A DNA stretch of 64,000 nucleotides from Candidatus Multivoradales bacterium. Its GTDB lineage: Bacteria > Acidobacteriota > Thermoanaerobaculia > Multivoradales > J023. The translations under genes and the position numbers were made by a program. The notes beneath the pieces are model-generated. The model searched no databases and was not told the DNA's origin. It worked only from the letters and a program-made list of their open reading frames with translations. This document shows, piece by piece, positions 18,954 to 28,561 of the stretch (within the stretch, counting starts at the first letter, position 1; each line of letters starts with the position of its first letter). Where the stretch lies: the NCBI GenBank assembly GCA_965248925.1, contig CBDFLE010000006.1, positions 640,001 to 704,000 on the forward strand, read 5' to 3'.

Positions 18954-19831
18954 TTGACCGACCGCAAGTCTTCGCCAGCGCTCCCGGGGAAACTCGCCTT
19001 GCCGCACGGCGGCAAACTAAACCAGTCGAGGGTTTCTAACCGTTGTCGGGCTTTCTTGCGCGATCGAGCATCCGAGTGGCCACACTGGCGGTTGCAAGGC
19101 CGTCAACTGGGTGACGCCGAACTGCTGCTCAACGGCGCCTACTCCCCGCTGGCTGGATTCATGACCCGCAGCCAAGTCGTGGCGGTTTGTCAACAGCTGC
19201 GGCTGCCCGACGGCACTCCCTGGCCGCTGCCAATAACTCTCGAAATCGAACCACAGATTGTCCGCCAGACTGCCGCCGTCGGCCACCTGAGCTTGGTCGA
19301 TACCGACGGCGCCCTCTTCGCCGTCCTCCGCGTCGAGGATCTGTGGCATCCCGACCACCACAGCGAGGCCGCCGCTACTTATGGCACTTTGGATACTCGC
19401 CACCCAGGAGTAGCCGAGCACTTGCTGGTCACCAACCGGCTCGCTATCGGCGGGTCACTGCAGAGGATCGTCCAACCCGAGCCAGTCGAATTCCGCGATC
19501 TGCGCCTGACTCCCCGGCAACTGCGGCAACGCCTAAGCGAGCACCGCGGCCCATTAGTCGCCTTGGGCGTCCACCGACCGCTGCACCGTCGGCAGGCAGC
19601 ACAGTGGGCAGGCAGCACAGTGGGCAGGCAGCACAGTGGGCAGCTGCCCGGCGTGGTCTGCTGAAGCCCTTTCCCGGCATCACTGAGCCCTACGAGGTAC
19701 CGGCCGATGCCGAGTTGCGACTCGACACCGTGCGGCTGAGCCCGACACAGGCGGCGGCGAAGATTATCCAACACCTGCGGGCAGCAGGTTTTTTGCAGCA
19801 ACGGCAGGAATCAAGGGGTGGCGAGGCGTGA
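18954..19831 (+). pseudogene. Internally deleted bifunctional sulfate adenylyltransferase/APS kinase (sat-cysC) remnant
   Basis: N-terminal PHGGKL, ELLLNGAYSPLAGFM, WPLPITL, HPGV, RPLHR joined via a tandem repeat to an APS-kinase C-terminal tail (ARRGLLKPFPGITEPYEVP..ELRLDT) in another frame; catalytic cores missing. Confidence 0.8.
19591..19643 (+). repeat. Tandem repeat, 16-bp unit GGCAGGCAGCACAGTG x3.3
   Basis: Exact copies at 19591, 19607 and 19623 plus a partial copy at 19639. Confidence 0.97.
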
Positions 19832-20488
19832 GACCTGCTCGATGATCACTGGCTCGACCGGCACATTCTCCATCCGATTTCGTCGACTGGTCTTCACCGT
19901 CGAAATCGCGTCGACCGTCTCCATGCCCTCGACCACCTTAGCGAACACCGTATAGCCCCAGCCGGTTTGCCCTGGTTGGTCGCCAGTCTGCCCCGGAAGG
20001 TTGAGGAACTCGTTGTCGACGGTGTTGACGAAGAACTGAGACGTAGCACTGTGCGGCGCACTGGTGCGCGCCATGGCCAGCGAACCACGAACGTTCTTGA
20101 GCCTATTGGCGGACTCGTTCTTGATCGGCGGGCGAACCGCCTTCTTGGCCAGATCCGGGGAAAAACCGCCGCCTTGGATCATGAATCCTGGAATCACCCG
20201 ATGAAAGACCGTGCCATCAAAAAAGCCACTGTCGACATAGGCGAGGAAATTCGCCACCGACAACGGCGCTTCCTCCTCGTACAACTCGATCACGAAGGAA
20301 CCTAGCGAAGTCTCCAGCCGCACCCGCGGCCCCGCGGCCTCATCCATCGTCGCCTCATCCATCGAAGAAGAGTCTTGGGTCGCGGCCGCGGAGGTGGTTG
20401 CTTCAGTCTCACCTTCTTGCGCCTGGCTGACGCCGACGAGTAGGAACAGTGCCGCTAGCAGCGGCAGTAGCACTTTGCGCATGGTCAT
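19811..20488 (-). CDS. Exported cyclophilin-type peptidyl-prolyl isomerase (PpiA-like)
   Basis: Signal peptide; FHRVIPGFMIQGGG, AMART..HSATSQFFVN. Confidence 0.95.
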   Translation of the reverse strand: MTMRKVLLPLLAALFLLVGVSQAQEGETEATTSAAATQDSSSMDEATMDEAAGPRVRLETSLGSFVIELYEEEAPLSVANFLAYVDSGFFDGTVFHRVIPGFMIQGGGFSPDLAKKAVRPPIKNESANRLKNVRGSLAMARTSAPHSATSQFFVNTVDNEFLNLPGQTGDQPGQTGWGYTVFAKVVEGMETVDAISTVKTSRRNRMENVPVEPVIIEQVSRLATP

Positions 20489-20611
20489 CTCTCTCTTAGC
20501 GGTGAAAAGGGGCTCTGCCGAGGGGCCAATCCACTCCCAGCCCGGCCTCGGTCAGCCAACCTACACCGTCCCCGGTCACCCACGCAAGCACCACCGGCAA
20601 GCCGCGACGAC

Positions 20612-21199
20612 TCAGCCAGCAGGCAACGCTTCGCTTTCCCCAGTTGCCAGGCGGCCGAAAAGCCAGGCCTTCGCCATCCCCCATTCCCGCTTGACCGTGG
20701 CGACCGAGATCGACAGGACCTCGGCCGTCTCACGGATCGTCAGGCCGCCAAAGAAGCGTAACTCAACCACCCGGCTCTGCCGCGGATCGAGCTTGACCAG
20801 CTCCGCCAAAGCGTCGTCAAGGGCGATCAAATCGACCCCCCGCGGGCCGCTACTAGCCAGCGCATCGACCCATGTCAGGCGACGACCATAGCCCCGCTTG
20901 GCGGCTCGATGGCTGCGTGCATGGTCCACCAAAATGCGTCGCATCAAACGCGAGGCCACGCCGAAGAAGTGGGCTCGATTCTGCCACTGCACCCGACTTT
21001 GATCGATCAATTTGATGTAGGTCTCGTGCACCAGCACGGTCGACTGGAGGGTGTGGCTACCGCGCTCAGCACGAAAATAGTGCTCGGCCAACAGGCGAAG
21101 CTCGTCGTAGACCAACGGCAAGAGCTGGTCGAGTGCCGCCTCGTCGCCCCCGTTCCACTCCAACAACAGCTGAGTGACTCCCTTCGTCAGCGCCGCCAT
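20612..21199 (-). CDS. ECF sigma factor, TIGR02999/ECF43-like (orphan)
   Basis: HTLQSTVLVHETY, RAHFF, ELRFFGGLT, TVKREW. Confidence 0.92.
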   Translation of the reverse strand: MAALTKGVTQLLLEWNGGDEAALDQLLPLVYDELRLLAEHYFRAERGSHTLQSTVLVHETYIKLIDQSRVQWQNRAHFFGVASRLMRRILVDHARSHRAAKRGYGRRLTWVDALASSGPRGVDLIALDDALAELVKLDPRQSRVVELRFFGGLTIRETAEVLSISVATVKREWGMAKAWLFGRLATGESEALPAG

Positions 21200-21343
21200 C
21201 GGTATCCTCCACTCCTCATCTTAGTTTGATCGACAGTCTACAACAGGGTTTGGAGTCGGAAATCACGCTACCGCTGAACACCAAGGTTGGCGCTCGCAAT
21301 TGTCACGGGATATTGTCATTGCTCTAGCCAACAGGAGATGCCG

Positions 21344-21778
21344 ATGAGTGAGACACGAAGCAACACGGTGACCATCTGCCCGAACGGCCCCTTCGAGGTC
21401 AGCGGCTCCTCGAGCCTGGTGGGCCCCGGAAGCACCGCTGAGCCCGGCGAGCCAACCCTCTGGTTGTGCCGCTGCGGCGCCTCGGCCAACAAGCCATTCT
21501 GCGACGGTAGCCACTCGCAGATCGACTTCAGCGACCCCGGCACAGTGGCCAACCCGAAGGCCCTGCGCACCGACCCCAAGACCGCCGAAAAGAGCTGCCT
21601 GGAGATCACCCTGGCGGCCAATGGACCGCTGATCTTAAAAGGCGCGTTCGAGCTGGTCGACGGCGGCGGGGAGACCGCTGGCAGCGGCAGCCGCGCCGCC
21701 CTCTGCCGCTGCGGTGCGTCAGCCAACAAGCCGTTCTGCGATGGCAGCCACAACAAGATCGGCTTCAGCGCCCCCTGA
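21344..21778 (+). CDS. Tandem CDGSH iron-sulfur domain protein
   Basis: Two LCRCGASANKPFCDGSH motifs, each preceded by an NGP segment. Confidence 0.93.
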   Translation: MSETRSNTVTICPNGPFEVSGSSSLVGPGSTAEPGEPTLWLCRCGASANKPFCDGSHSQIDFSDPGTVANPKALRTDPKTAEKSCLEITLAANGPLILKGAFELVDGGGETAGSGSRAALCRCGASANKPFCDGSHNKIGFSAP

Positions 21779-21786
21779 TCCGGCGG

Positions 21787-22674
21787 TTAGAAATCTCGCT
21801 GGCCGCTGCGCCCGCGGCTCACCACCCCCTCGACAGTGAACACCAACAGAGCCAGCCAGATGAAGGCGAAGCCCACCAGCCGCTGGCGGTCGAAAGGTTC
21901 GCCATAGACCAACACCCCGAGCAGCAGCTGCATCACCGGCGCGATGTATTGCAAAACACCGATCAGCGACAAGGGCAACCGCTGGGCGGCGGCGGCGAAG
22001 AAAACCAAGGGTACCGCGGTGGCGACCCCCGAGCCGATGAGCAAGAGATCGGTCGCCCCTGACAGGCGAGTGAAGCTACCGCTATCGCTGATCTGGCAGA
22101 CAATCAGCACCGCGACTGCCGGCAGAAACATCAACGCGGTCTCGAAAGTCAGGCCCTCCACTGCGGGTAAGGGAGCGATTTTCTTCAGCACGGCATAGAT
22201 CGCGAACAAGAGCGCGAGCGAGAGAGAGATCCACGGCAAACGGCCGTAGGTGAGGGTCAAGTAGACCACCCCCACCGCGGCCAAGCCAATCGCTGACCAC
22301 TGGCCGAGGCGCAACTTCTCGTGGAATACCACCACTCCCAGAAAAACATTGACCAGAGGATTGATAAAGTAGCCCAGGCTGGTTTCGACGACGAAGCCAG
22401 AATTGACCGCCCAGATGTAGATGCCCCAGTTGGCGGCGATCAGCAGCGACGCGCCGAGGTAGATCCACCTCGTCCGCGGTTCGCCCCAGGCCCCGCGAAG
22501 CCTCCGCCAGCGACCGCTCAGCAGCAGCAGGCCGCCGAGGAAAACCAACGACCAAACCATCCGATGAAGCAGGATCTCGAGCGCCGGGACCTCGAGCAAC
22601 AGCTTCCAGTAGATGGGTAGCAAGCCCCACAGCCCATAGGCACCGAGGGCAAATCCAAGTCCTTTCTTGTCCAA
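21787..22674 (-). CDS. rarD: EamA-family transporter RarD
   Basis: LWGLLPIYWK, NWGIYIWAVN, SLGYFINPL, LQYIAP. Confidence 0.92.
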   Translation of the reverse strand: MDKKGLGFALGAYGLWGLLPIYWKLLLEVPALEILLHRMVWSLVFLGGLLLLSGRWRRLRGAWGEPRTRWIYLGASLLIAANWGIYIWAVNSGFVVETSLGYFINPLVNVFLGVVVFHEKLRLGQWSAIGLAAVGVVYLTLTYGRLPWISLSLALLFAIYAVLKKIAPLPAVEGLTFETALMFLPAVAVLIVCQISDSGSFTRLSGATDLLLIGSGVATAVPLVFFAAAAQRLPLSLIGVLQYIAPVMQLLLGVLVYGEPFDRQRLVGFAFIWLALLVFTVEGVVSRGRSGQRDF

Positions 22675-22836
22675 CTGATATCCCCTCGTCGAGGCTCACT
22701 AGAACCCCGGTGGCCAGCAGCTCGATCTTAGGGGCTACCCTAGAACAGTGGAGCGGCTCAGCAACAGTGCCGCGGCAAGGCGCTCGGCGGCAAATCTACG
22801 CGGGCTTCCTGGCGGCTCCGCTGATGACGAGATCCA

Positions 22837-23847
22837 CTAGCTGACAAGTGACAACTCGGCGGCAAAGTCCTCCGGCAGCCGAGTGTCTTGGCGCCGCAGC
22901 CGAGTCCAATCAAAGGTGTCCACGAGACTCGCTGGAGTAGACCTCGCTAGGTGCTCGCTCAAACCTAGAGAGTGCGCCATCCAGCCCACCAGCTGGGCGG
23001 CTTCAACCCCGGAATCCCGCAGCGCTTTCAAAGTCAGCCCAGTGTCGCGCTTGGAAAGCTTCTCACCAGCGGTATCGAGCACCATCGGCACATGGGCATA
23101 GCTCGGCCGCTGGCCACCGAGAGCCTCGATCAGCTGGATTTGGCGAGCGGTGGAATCGAGCAGCTCGCTGCCCCGTACCACTTCGTTAATGGCCATCTCG
23201 AGATCATCCACCACCACCGCCAGCTGATAGGCCCACAGCCCGTCGCGACGCTTGAGCACGAAGTCGCCGACCTCCAGATCCACCCGCTCTTCGCAGGCGC
23301 CGAACAGTCGGTCGGCGAAGATCACCGGCCGCTCTTCGACCTGGAAACGCAAGGCCGCATCCGGCCTCTCGGCCCTGCGCAGCTGCTCCAACCAGCCCCC
23401 CTCGAGCCGGCTAGGGCGCCACTCGGCGGCATAGGGAGATTGGCCGCTCGCACCGTGCGGCGCCTGTGTCAAACCGCGAAGATCACGCCGCGAAAGCCGG
23501 CAAGGAAAAAGCCGGCCGGCGTGGTACAAGCGGTCGATGGCGCGGTCGTAAAAATCACCGCGCAGCGATTGCTGGTAGGGACCGAAGGGACCGCCAAGGT
23601 CGCCTCCCTCATCCCAATCGAGGCCCAGCCAGGCGAGATCTTCCAGCGCCGCCGCGGCCACACCGACGACAGTACGCGGCGGATCAAGATCCTCAAGGCG
23701 CCAGATCAGACTGCCGCCACGACTGCGTACCGAAAGCCAGGCGAGCAGCGCCGTGCGGGCGCTGCCCACATGCAACAGGCCGCTCGGCGAAGGCGCCCAG
23801 CGGCCGCGCGGACGGTTGGAGGTGGGGAATGCAGCGATTTCTGACAT
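22837..23847 (-). CDS. gluQ: Glutamyl-Q tRNA(Asp) synthetase
   Basis: RWAPSPSGLLHVGS, EDLDPPR, GDFVLKRRDG..AYQLAVVVDD, KLSKR; no anticodon-binding domain. Confidence 0.9.
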   Translation of the reverse strand: MSEIAAFPTSNRPRGRWAPSPSGLLHVGSARTALLAWLSVRSRGGSLIWRLEDLDPPRTVVGVAAAALEDLAWLGLDWDEGGDLGGPFGPYQQSLRGDFYDRAIDRLYHAGRLFPCRLSRRDLRGLTQAPHGASGQSPYAAEWRPSRLEGGWLEQLRRAERPDAALRFQVEERPVIFADRLFGACEERVDLEVGDFVLKRRDGLWAYQLAVVVDDLEMAINEVVRGSELLDSTARQIQLIEALGGQRPSYAHVPMVLDTAGEKLSKRDTGLTLKALRDSGVEAAQLVGWMAHSLGLSEHLARSTPASLVDTFDWTRLRRQDTRLPEDFAAELSLVS

Positions 23848-23898
23848 TGGTGAGCGATAGTACCGCCACCCACCGCGACAGCGGGACGCTGAGAAGTC

Positions 23899-24130
23899 TC
23901 AACGACTCCAAGCAGCCGCTTCGCGAGCAGTCGGCAAGGCAATGTTGATCTCCCCCGACAAACCCAGTTTCTGTTTGCCTTGCCGCGGCAGATCGAGCAC
24001 CTCCACCGCCTCTCCATACGGCGCCTCGGCGAGGGGTCTAACCATCACCGGCTTGTCCGGGTTGGCGGTCAATCGTGGGCGCAGGTAAGGCAGTAGCTGG
24101 CCCCGTCGCATGAGCTGGCCGCTACCCGAC
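23899..24130 (-). pseudogene. Possible ExbD/TolR C-terminal fragment
   Basis: LRPRLTANPDKPVMVRPLAEAPYGEAVEVLD resembles the ExbD periplasmic domain; no TM anchor or exbB. Confidence 0.45.
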
Positions 24131-25531
24131 TCAACTCTCTGCCGCGAGGCTAGTCTCGCGGATCGCAACCTCCCGCATGCCACCGGGGTGGGTTTCGATC
24201 AACTTCGTGCCGCGGCCATCCGTGGCGCGCTCGAAAATGAGCACGAAACCCTCGCTACCAATCTGATGGAAACGGTCTTCAGCCAATGGCAGGAGCTGGT
24301 AGGTGCTGCGCTCGCGGAAGCGCAGGTACAGCGTGTCACCCTCCAGCCACACCCGCCGCTTGCCGTAGGTGCCGACCAGTTGCTCGAGCTCGGCGGCGGC
24401 GATGACCACCGGCTCGAGTTCGGCACGGAGTGCCGCCGCGACCCGGTCGAGCACCCCGGCGTAGACCTCCTCCTCCTCGCGAACATTCGCCGCTAGCTGC
24501 TCTGCGGCCAGCAGGTGGGCGCGCAACAAGGCTTGCTCAGCCGGCACCGCTATGTCGGGCTCGACCCCGGTGCCTTCCCAGTTGGTGCCGGTCACCGGAT
24601 TGACCGCCGCGCCGGTGGAAACAAAGATGCCGAAGCCCTGCACCGCCTCCAAGAAACCACCCGGATTGGCGCCACCCGCGGTGGTCTCGCCGATCAGAGT
24701 GGCGCGTTCGCGGGTCTGCATGTTGTAGGAGAATTCCTCGGCTGCCGAGGCAGTCCGGCGGCTGGTGAGAACATACAGCGGCACTTCGGGTAGGCGCTTG
24801 CCAGGCACGTAAGGCAGCGTCCAAAACTGATTCGTAACCTCGCCTTCTCGCCAGTACAGACTGTTCAAATGCACCGGCGAATCGGCGGCAAAGAAGTACG
24901 AGCACAACAGCTGCACCATCGCCGGATCACCGCCGCCATTGCGCCTCAAGTCAATGATCACCGCCGCTGAGTTGGCCAGCGTACCCATCGCCGCGGTCGC
25001 CACTTCCGCCGCCACCTCGACCGGCAAGAACCCTCGTAGGTCGAGATAGCCGATGTTGCCATCGAGACGCTGGATGGCATAGAAGCCAAAATTGCGCCGT
25101 TGGGCACTACGCAAGCGGCGAGCCTGGTTGGCCTTCTGCTCTTCGGGGGTGGCCTCCTGAGTGCGCCCTTGCCAGTACTCAGGCGGCCGCCAAGAGACGC
25201 CGAAGTGCCCGTCGTACTGACGCAACTCCTGGCTTAACGCGCCGGAGAAAGAGCGCACATCCTGATGCTCGTGCCAACGGTCGGTGGTGGCGGCGGCGCG
25301 CAATTCGCCGGCGATCTCTGCCGCCTTGTCGGGATAGACGTAACGCTCTTCGATCAGCTCGGCCAAGCGCTCCAACACCTCGCCGCGCAAAGCGGCGCTC
25401 AGGGCGGGTGGCTCGCTGGCCTCAGACCTTGTCCACGGTGTCGCCCCTGGCGCCAGGCTGATACCGGCGACCAGCAAGAGAAAGAGAACCACTCGACGAT
25501 TCGAGGTAAGACTGTACGGACGCATCGGCAA
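24131..25531 (-). CDS. Secreted S41-family peptidase (IRBP-like) with C-terminal beta domain
   Basis: Signal peptide; NIGYL, IIDLRRNGGG, TASAAEEF, IGETTAGG, WEGTGVEPDI. Confidence 0.92.
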   Translation of the reverse strand: MPMRPYSLTSNRRVVLFLLLVAGISLAPGATPWTRSEASEPPALSAALRGEVLERLAELIEERYVYPDKAAEIAGELRAAATTDRWHEHQDVRSFSGALSQELRQYDGHFGVSWRPPEYWQGRTQEATPEEQKANQARRLRSAQRRNFGFYAIQRLDGNIGYLDLRGFLPVEVAAEVATAAMGTLANSAAVIIDLRRNGGGDPAMVQLLCSYFFAADSPVHLNSLYWREGEVTNQFWTLPYVPGKRLPEVPLYVLTSRRTASAAEEFSYNMQTRERATLIGETTAGGANPGGFLEAVQGFGIFVSTGAAVNPVTGTNWEGTGVEPDIAVPAEQALLRAHLLAAEQLAANVREEEEVYAGVLDRVAAALRAELEPVVIAAAELEQLVGTYGKRRVWLEGDTLYLRFRERSTYQLLPLAEDRFHQIGSEGFVLIFERATDGRGTKLIETHPGGMREVAIRETSLAAES

Positions 25532-25572
25532 CCTCCTGGAGGATCATTGTTCCAGCTTGGTTTCAGTTCTTA

Positions 25573-25600
25573 ATGACGAGATTCTGCCTGCCAAGGTTCC
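25573..25600 (-). promoter_or_regulatory. RpoE/ECF-type promoter GGAACCT-N16-GTCAT
   Basis: Minus-strand motif about 40 nt upstream of the S41 peptidase start. Confidence 0.55.
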
Positions 25601-25703
25601 TTATTGGGCAGGATGCAGCTCGACAGCAGCGCCGGCCGAAAGGCTACAATGGGCCACCCAATTCGTGTCTACCGTCTGCCAGCCGTGGAGGTCCGCCGCA
25701 GCA

Positions 25704-26207
25704 ATGACCCAGAACGCCGTTCAGAGTTCTTGTCAGATCTCGCTCCAAGTCAACGGGCAGACTTACCAGCGGACGGTCGAGCCGCGGCTGCTGTTGTCCG
25801 ACTTCCTGCGTCACGACCTTGGTCTCACCGGTACCCATGTGGGTTGTGAGCACGGTGTCTGTGGTGCCTGCACCATCCTGATGGATGGTCAGGCGGTGCG
25901 CGCGTGCCTGCTTTTCGCGGTGCAGGCCGACGGCGCCCAGCTCGACACGGTCGAGGGCCTGGCCGAGGCCGATGGCACCCTGCACCCCTTGCAGGCCGCC
26001 TTTCAAGAGTCCCACGGCTTGCAATGCGGCTTCTGCACGCCGGGTATCCTGATGTCAATCCTGCCCTGGCTGAAGGAGAATCCCGAGCCCAGCGACGATG
26101 ACATCCGGCACGCCCTGGGCGGTAACCTGTGCCGCTGCACGGGATATCAGAACATCGTCAAGGCCGTCCGCCTGGCGGCCGAGAGCCGGCGCCGGAGCCG
26201 GGCATGA
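25704..26207 (+). CDS. (2Fe-2S) small subunit, CoxS/xanthine dehydrogenase family
   Basis: GCEHGVCGAC, QCGFCTPG, NLCRCTGY. Confidence 0.95.
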   Translation: MTQNAVQSSCQISLQVNGQTYQRTVEPRLLLSDFLRHDLGLTGTHVGCEHGVCGACTILMDGQAVRACLLFAVQADGAQLDTVEGLAEADGTLHPLQAAFQESHGLQCGFCTPGILMSILPWLKENPEPSDDDIRHALGGNLCRCTGYQNIVKAVRLAAESRRRSRA

Positions 26208-28561
26208 CGAGCCGCTTTTTCGGTCAGCCGATCAAACGGCAGGAGGATCCCCGCCTGCTGCGCGGCGAAGCCCTATTCGTCGACGATGTGCAGCTGCCGG
26301 GGATGCTGCACGCCGCCTTCCTGCGCGCCGACTTCGCCCACGCCACCCTGGCTGGAGTCGATCTCGACGGCATCCGCGACCGCCCTGGAGTGGTGGCCGC
26401 CTACAACGCCGAAGACCTGGGCGACTACTGGCAGCCGGGACCGCTGCTGGTGCCACCGCCACCGATCGACGACCTGGTGTTCCACGCCCGCACCCAGGTA
26501 CCGCTGGCCAAAGACAAAATACGCTATGCCGGCGAGCCGCTAGCGGTGGTGGTCGCCGAGAGTCGCTACCTGGCCGAAGACGCCGTCGCCGAACTCTATG
26601 CCGACTGCGACCCGCTGCCGCCGGTGGTCGATATCGAGCGCGCCCTGGAACCCTCAGCGCCGCGGGTTCATGACGACCTCGATTCCAACTTGGCCGCCCA
26701 CGTGGTGCAACGCAAAGGCGACTACCCGAGCGCCCGCGCCGCCGCTACCCACTTGATCCGGCGCACCTTCCGCTACGACCGCGGCACCGCCGCGGCGATG
26801 GAAAACCGTGCCGTGGTGGCCGACTGGGATCGCCGGGGCGAAAAGCTCACCGTCTGGGACACCACCCAAGCGCCGATACCGATTCGCGGCGGCTTGGCCG
26901 ACATGCTCGGTCTGTCGGCATCTCAAGTGCGGGTAATCGCCCCCTTTATCGGCGGCGGCTTCGGCCCCAAGATCATGATGTTCTATCCTGAAGAGGTGCT
27001 GATCCCGTGGATCTCGATGCGCCTCGGCCGGCCGGTGAAGTGGATCGAGGATCGGCAGGAGAACTTCTTCGCCACCACCCACGAGCGCGGCCAGGTACAC
27101 GACGCCGAGATGGCCCTCGACGCCGCTGGCCACATCCTCGGCATCCACGACAGCTTCTTGCACGACACCGGCGCCTACGACCCCTACGGCCTGACGGTAC
27201 CGATCAACAGCCAATGCACCCTGCTCGGCCCCTACGCCGTGCCCCACTACGAGAGTGAATTCCGCGCCGTCTTTACCAACAAGCCAATCGTCACTCCTTA
27301 CCGCGGTGCCGGCCGCCAGCACGGGGTGTTCGTGATGGAGCGGCTGCTCGATCTGGCAGCTGAAAAGCTCGGTCTCGACCGGGTGGAGATCCGCCGCCGC
27401 AACTACGTTGCCAAGGATCAATTCCCACAGCACCACGAGATCATTTACCAGGACTTCACTGAGTTGGTCTACGACAGTGGCGACTACCAGCCGGCGCTCG
27501 AACGGGCCGCCGAGATGATTGGCTTCGAGGGCTTCGCCGAGCGCCAGCGCCAGGCCCGTGCCGCTGGGCGTCAGCTCGGTTTGGGCATCGTCTCCTACGT
27601 CGAAGGCACTGGCATCGGCCCCTACGAAGGCGCCCGGATCACCGTCGAATCAAGCGGCCAGGTGTCGGTGGCCACCGGCATCGGCACCCAGGGCCAGGGA
27701 CACTACACCAGCTTCGCCCAGATCGTCGCCGACCAACTCGGGGTCCAACCCACCGACGTGCGCCTGGTGACCGGCGACACCGCCGAGTTCTACTGGGGCG
27801 CCGGCACCTTCGCCAGCCGCGGCGCGGTGGTCGCCGGCAACGCCATCCACGCCGCCGCCCTCAAGGTGCGGCGGCGGATCTTGCACGTCGCCGCCGAGGA
27901 GCTGGAAGCCGCCGAGGAAGATCTCGAATTGGTGGACGGTCAGGTGCGGGTCAAGGGAGCGCCAACAAGCGCTATCACCCTCGGTGAGCTGGCCAAGCGC
28001 GCCAATCCCTTGCGCGGCGCGGTCAAGCCCGGCACCGAGCCCGGCCTGGAAGCCACCGACTACTTCGGCCCCCAACGTGGCGCCACCGCCAGCGGCGTTC
28101 ACGCGTTAATTCTGGAGGTCGACCCGGAGACTTTCCAGGTCACTATCGAGCGCTATGTGGTAGTCCATGATTGCGGTCGGGTGATCAACCCGATGATCTT
28201 GGATGGCCAGATCCATGGCGGCGTCGCCCAGGGAATCGGCAACGCCTTCTACGAACAGCTGGTCTACAGCGACCAGGGCCAGCTGCTCAACGCCTCGTTC
28301 ATGGACTTTCTTATTCCCACCGCCACGGACGTGCCGCCAATCGAGGGCGATCACATCGAGACTCCGTCGCCGCTCAATCCGCTGGGCGTCAAAGGGGCCG
28401 GCGAGGCGGGGGCAATTCCGGTGGCCGCCGGTTTCGCGCAAGCCATCGAAGATGCCCTCGGCCTTGAAGGGCTGGAGATCTTGGAGATCCCCCTCTCACC
28501 CAACCGCTTGTTCGAGCTGGTCAACGCCCACAACGCCCAGACTGCGGGAGGCGAACGATGA
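26204..28561 (+). CDS. Molybdopterin large subunit, form II CoxL-like/xanthine dehydrogenase family
   Basis: GGGFGPK, PYRGAGR active-site loop, GQIHGGVAQGIG, KGAGEAG. Confidence 0.93.
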   Translation: MTSRFFGQPIKRQEDPRLLRGEALFVDDVQLPGMLHAAFLRADFAHATLAGVDLDGIRDRPGVVAAYNAEDLGDYWQPGPLLVPPPPIDDLVFHARTQVPLAKDKIRYAGEPLAVVVAESRYLAEDAVAELYADCDPLPPVVDIERALEPSAPRVHDDLDSNLAAHVVQRKGDYPSARAAATHLIRRTFRYDRGTAAAMENRAVVADWDRRGEKLTVWDTTQAPIPIRGGLADMLGLSASQVRVIAPFIGGGFGPKIMMFYPEEVLIPWISMRLGRPVKWIEDRQENFFATTHERGQVHDAEMALDAAGHILGIHDSFLHDTGAYDPYGLTVPINSQCTLLGPYAVPHYESEFRAVFTNKPIVTPYRGAGRQHGVFVMERLLDLAAEKLGLDRVEIRRRNYVAKDQFPQHHEIIYQDFTELVYDSGDYQPALERAAEMIGFEGFAERQRQARAAGRQLGLGIVSYVEGTGIGPYEGARITVESSGQVSVATGIGTQGQGHYTSFAQIVADQLGVQPTDVRLVTGDTAEFYWGAGTFASRGAVVAGNAIHAAALKVRRRILHVAAEELEAAEEDLELVDGQVRVKGAPTSAITLGELAKRANPLRGAVKPGTEPGLEATDYFGPQRGATASGVHALILEVDPETFQVTIERYVVVHDCGRVINPMILDGQIHGGVAQGIGNAFYEQLVYSDQGQLLNASFMDFLIPTATDVPPIEGDHIETPSPLNPLGVKGAGEAGAIPVAAGFAQAIEDALGLEGLEILEIPLSPNRLFELVNAHNAQTAGGER

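Noticed and set aside
26204-28561. Call as true aerobic CO dehydrogenase coxL
   Set aside because: Lacks the AYxCSFR motif and accessory cox genes
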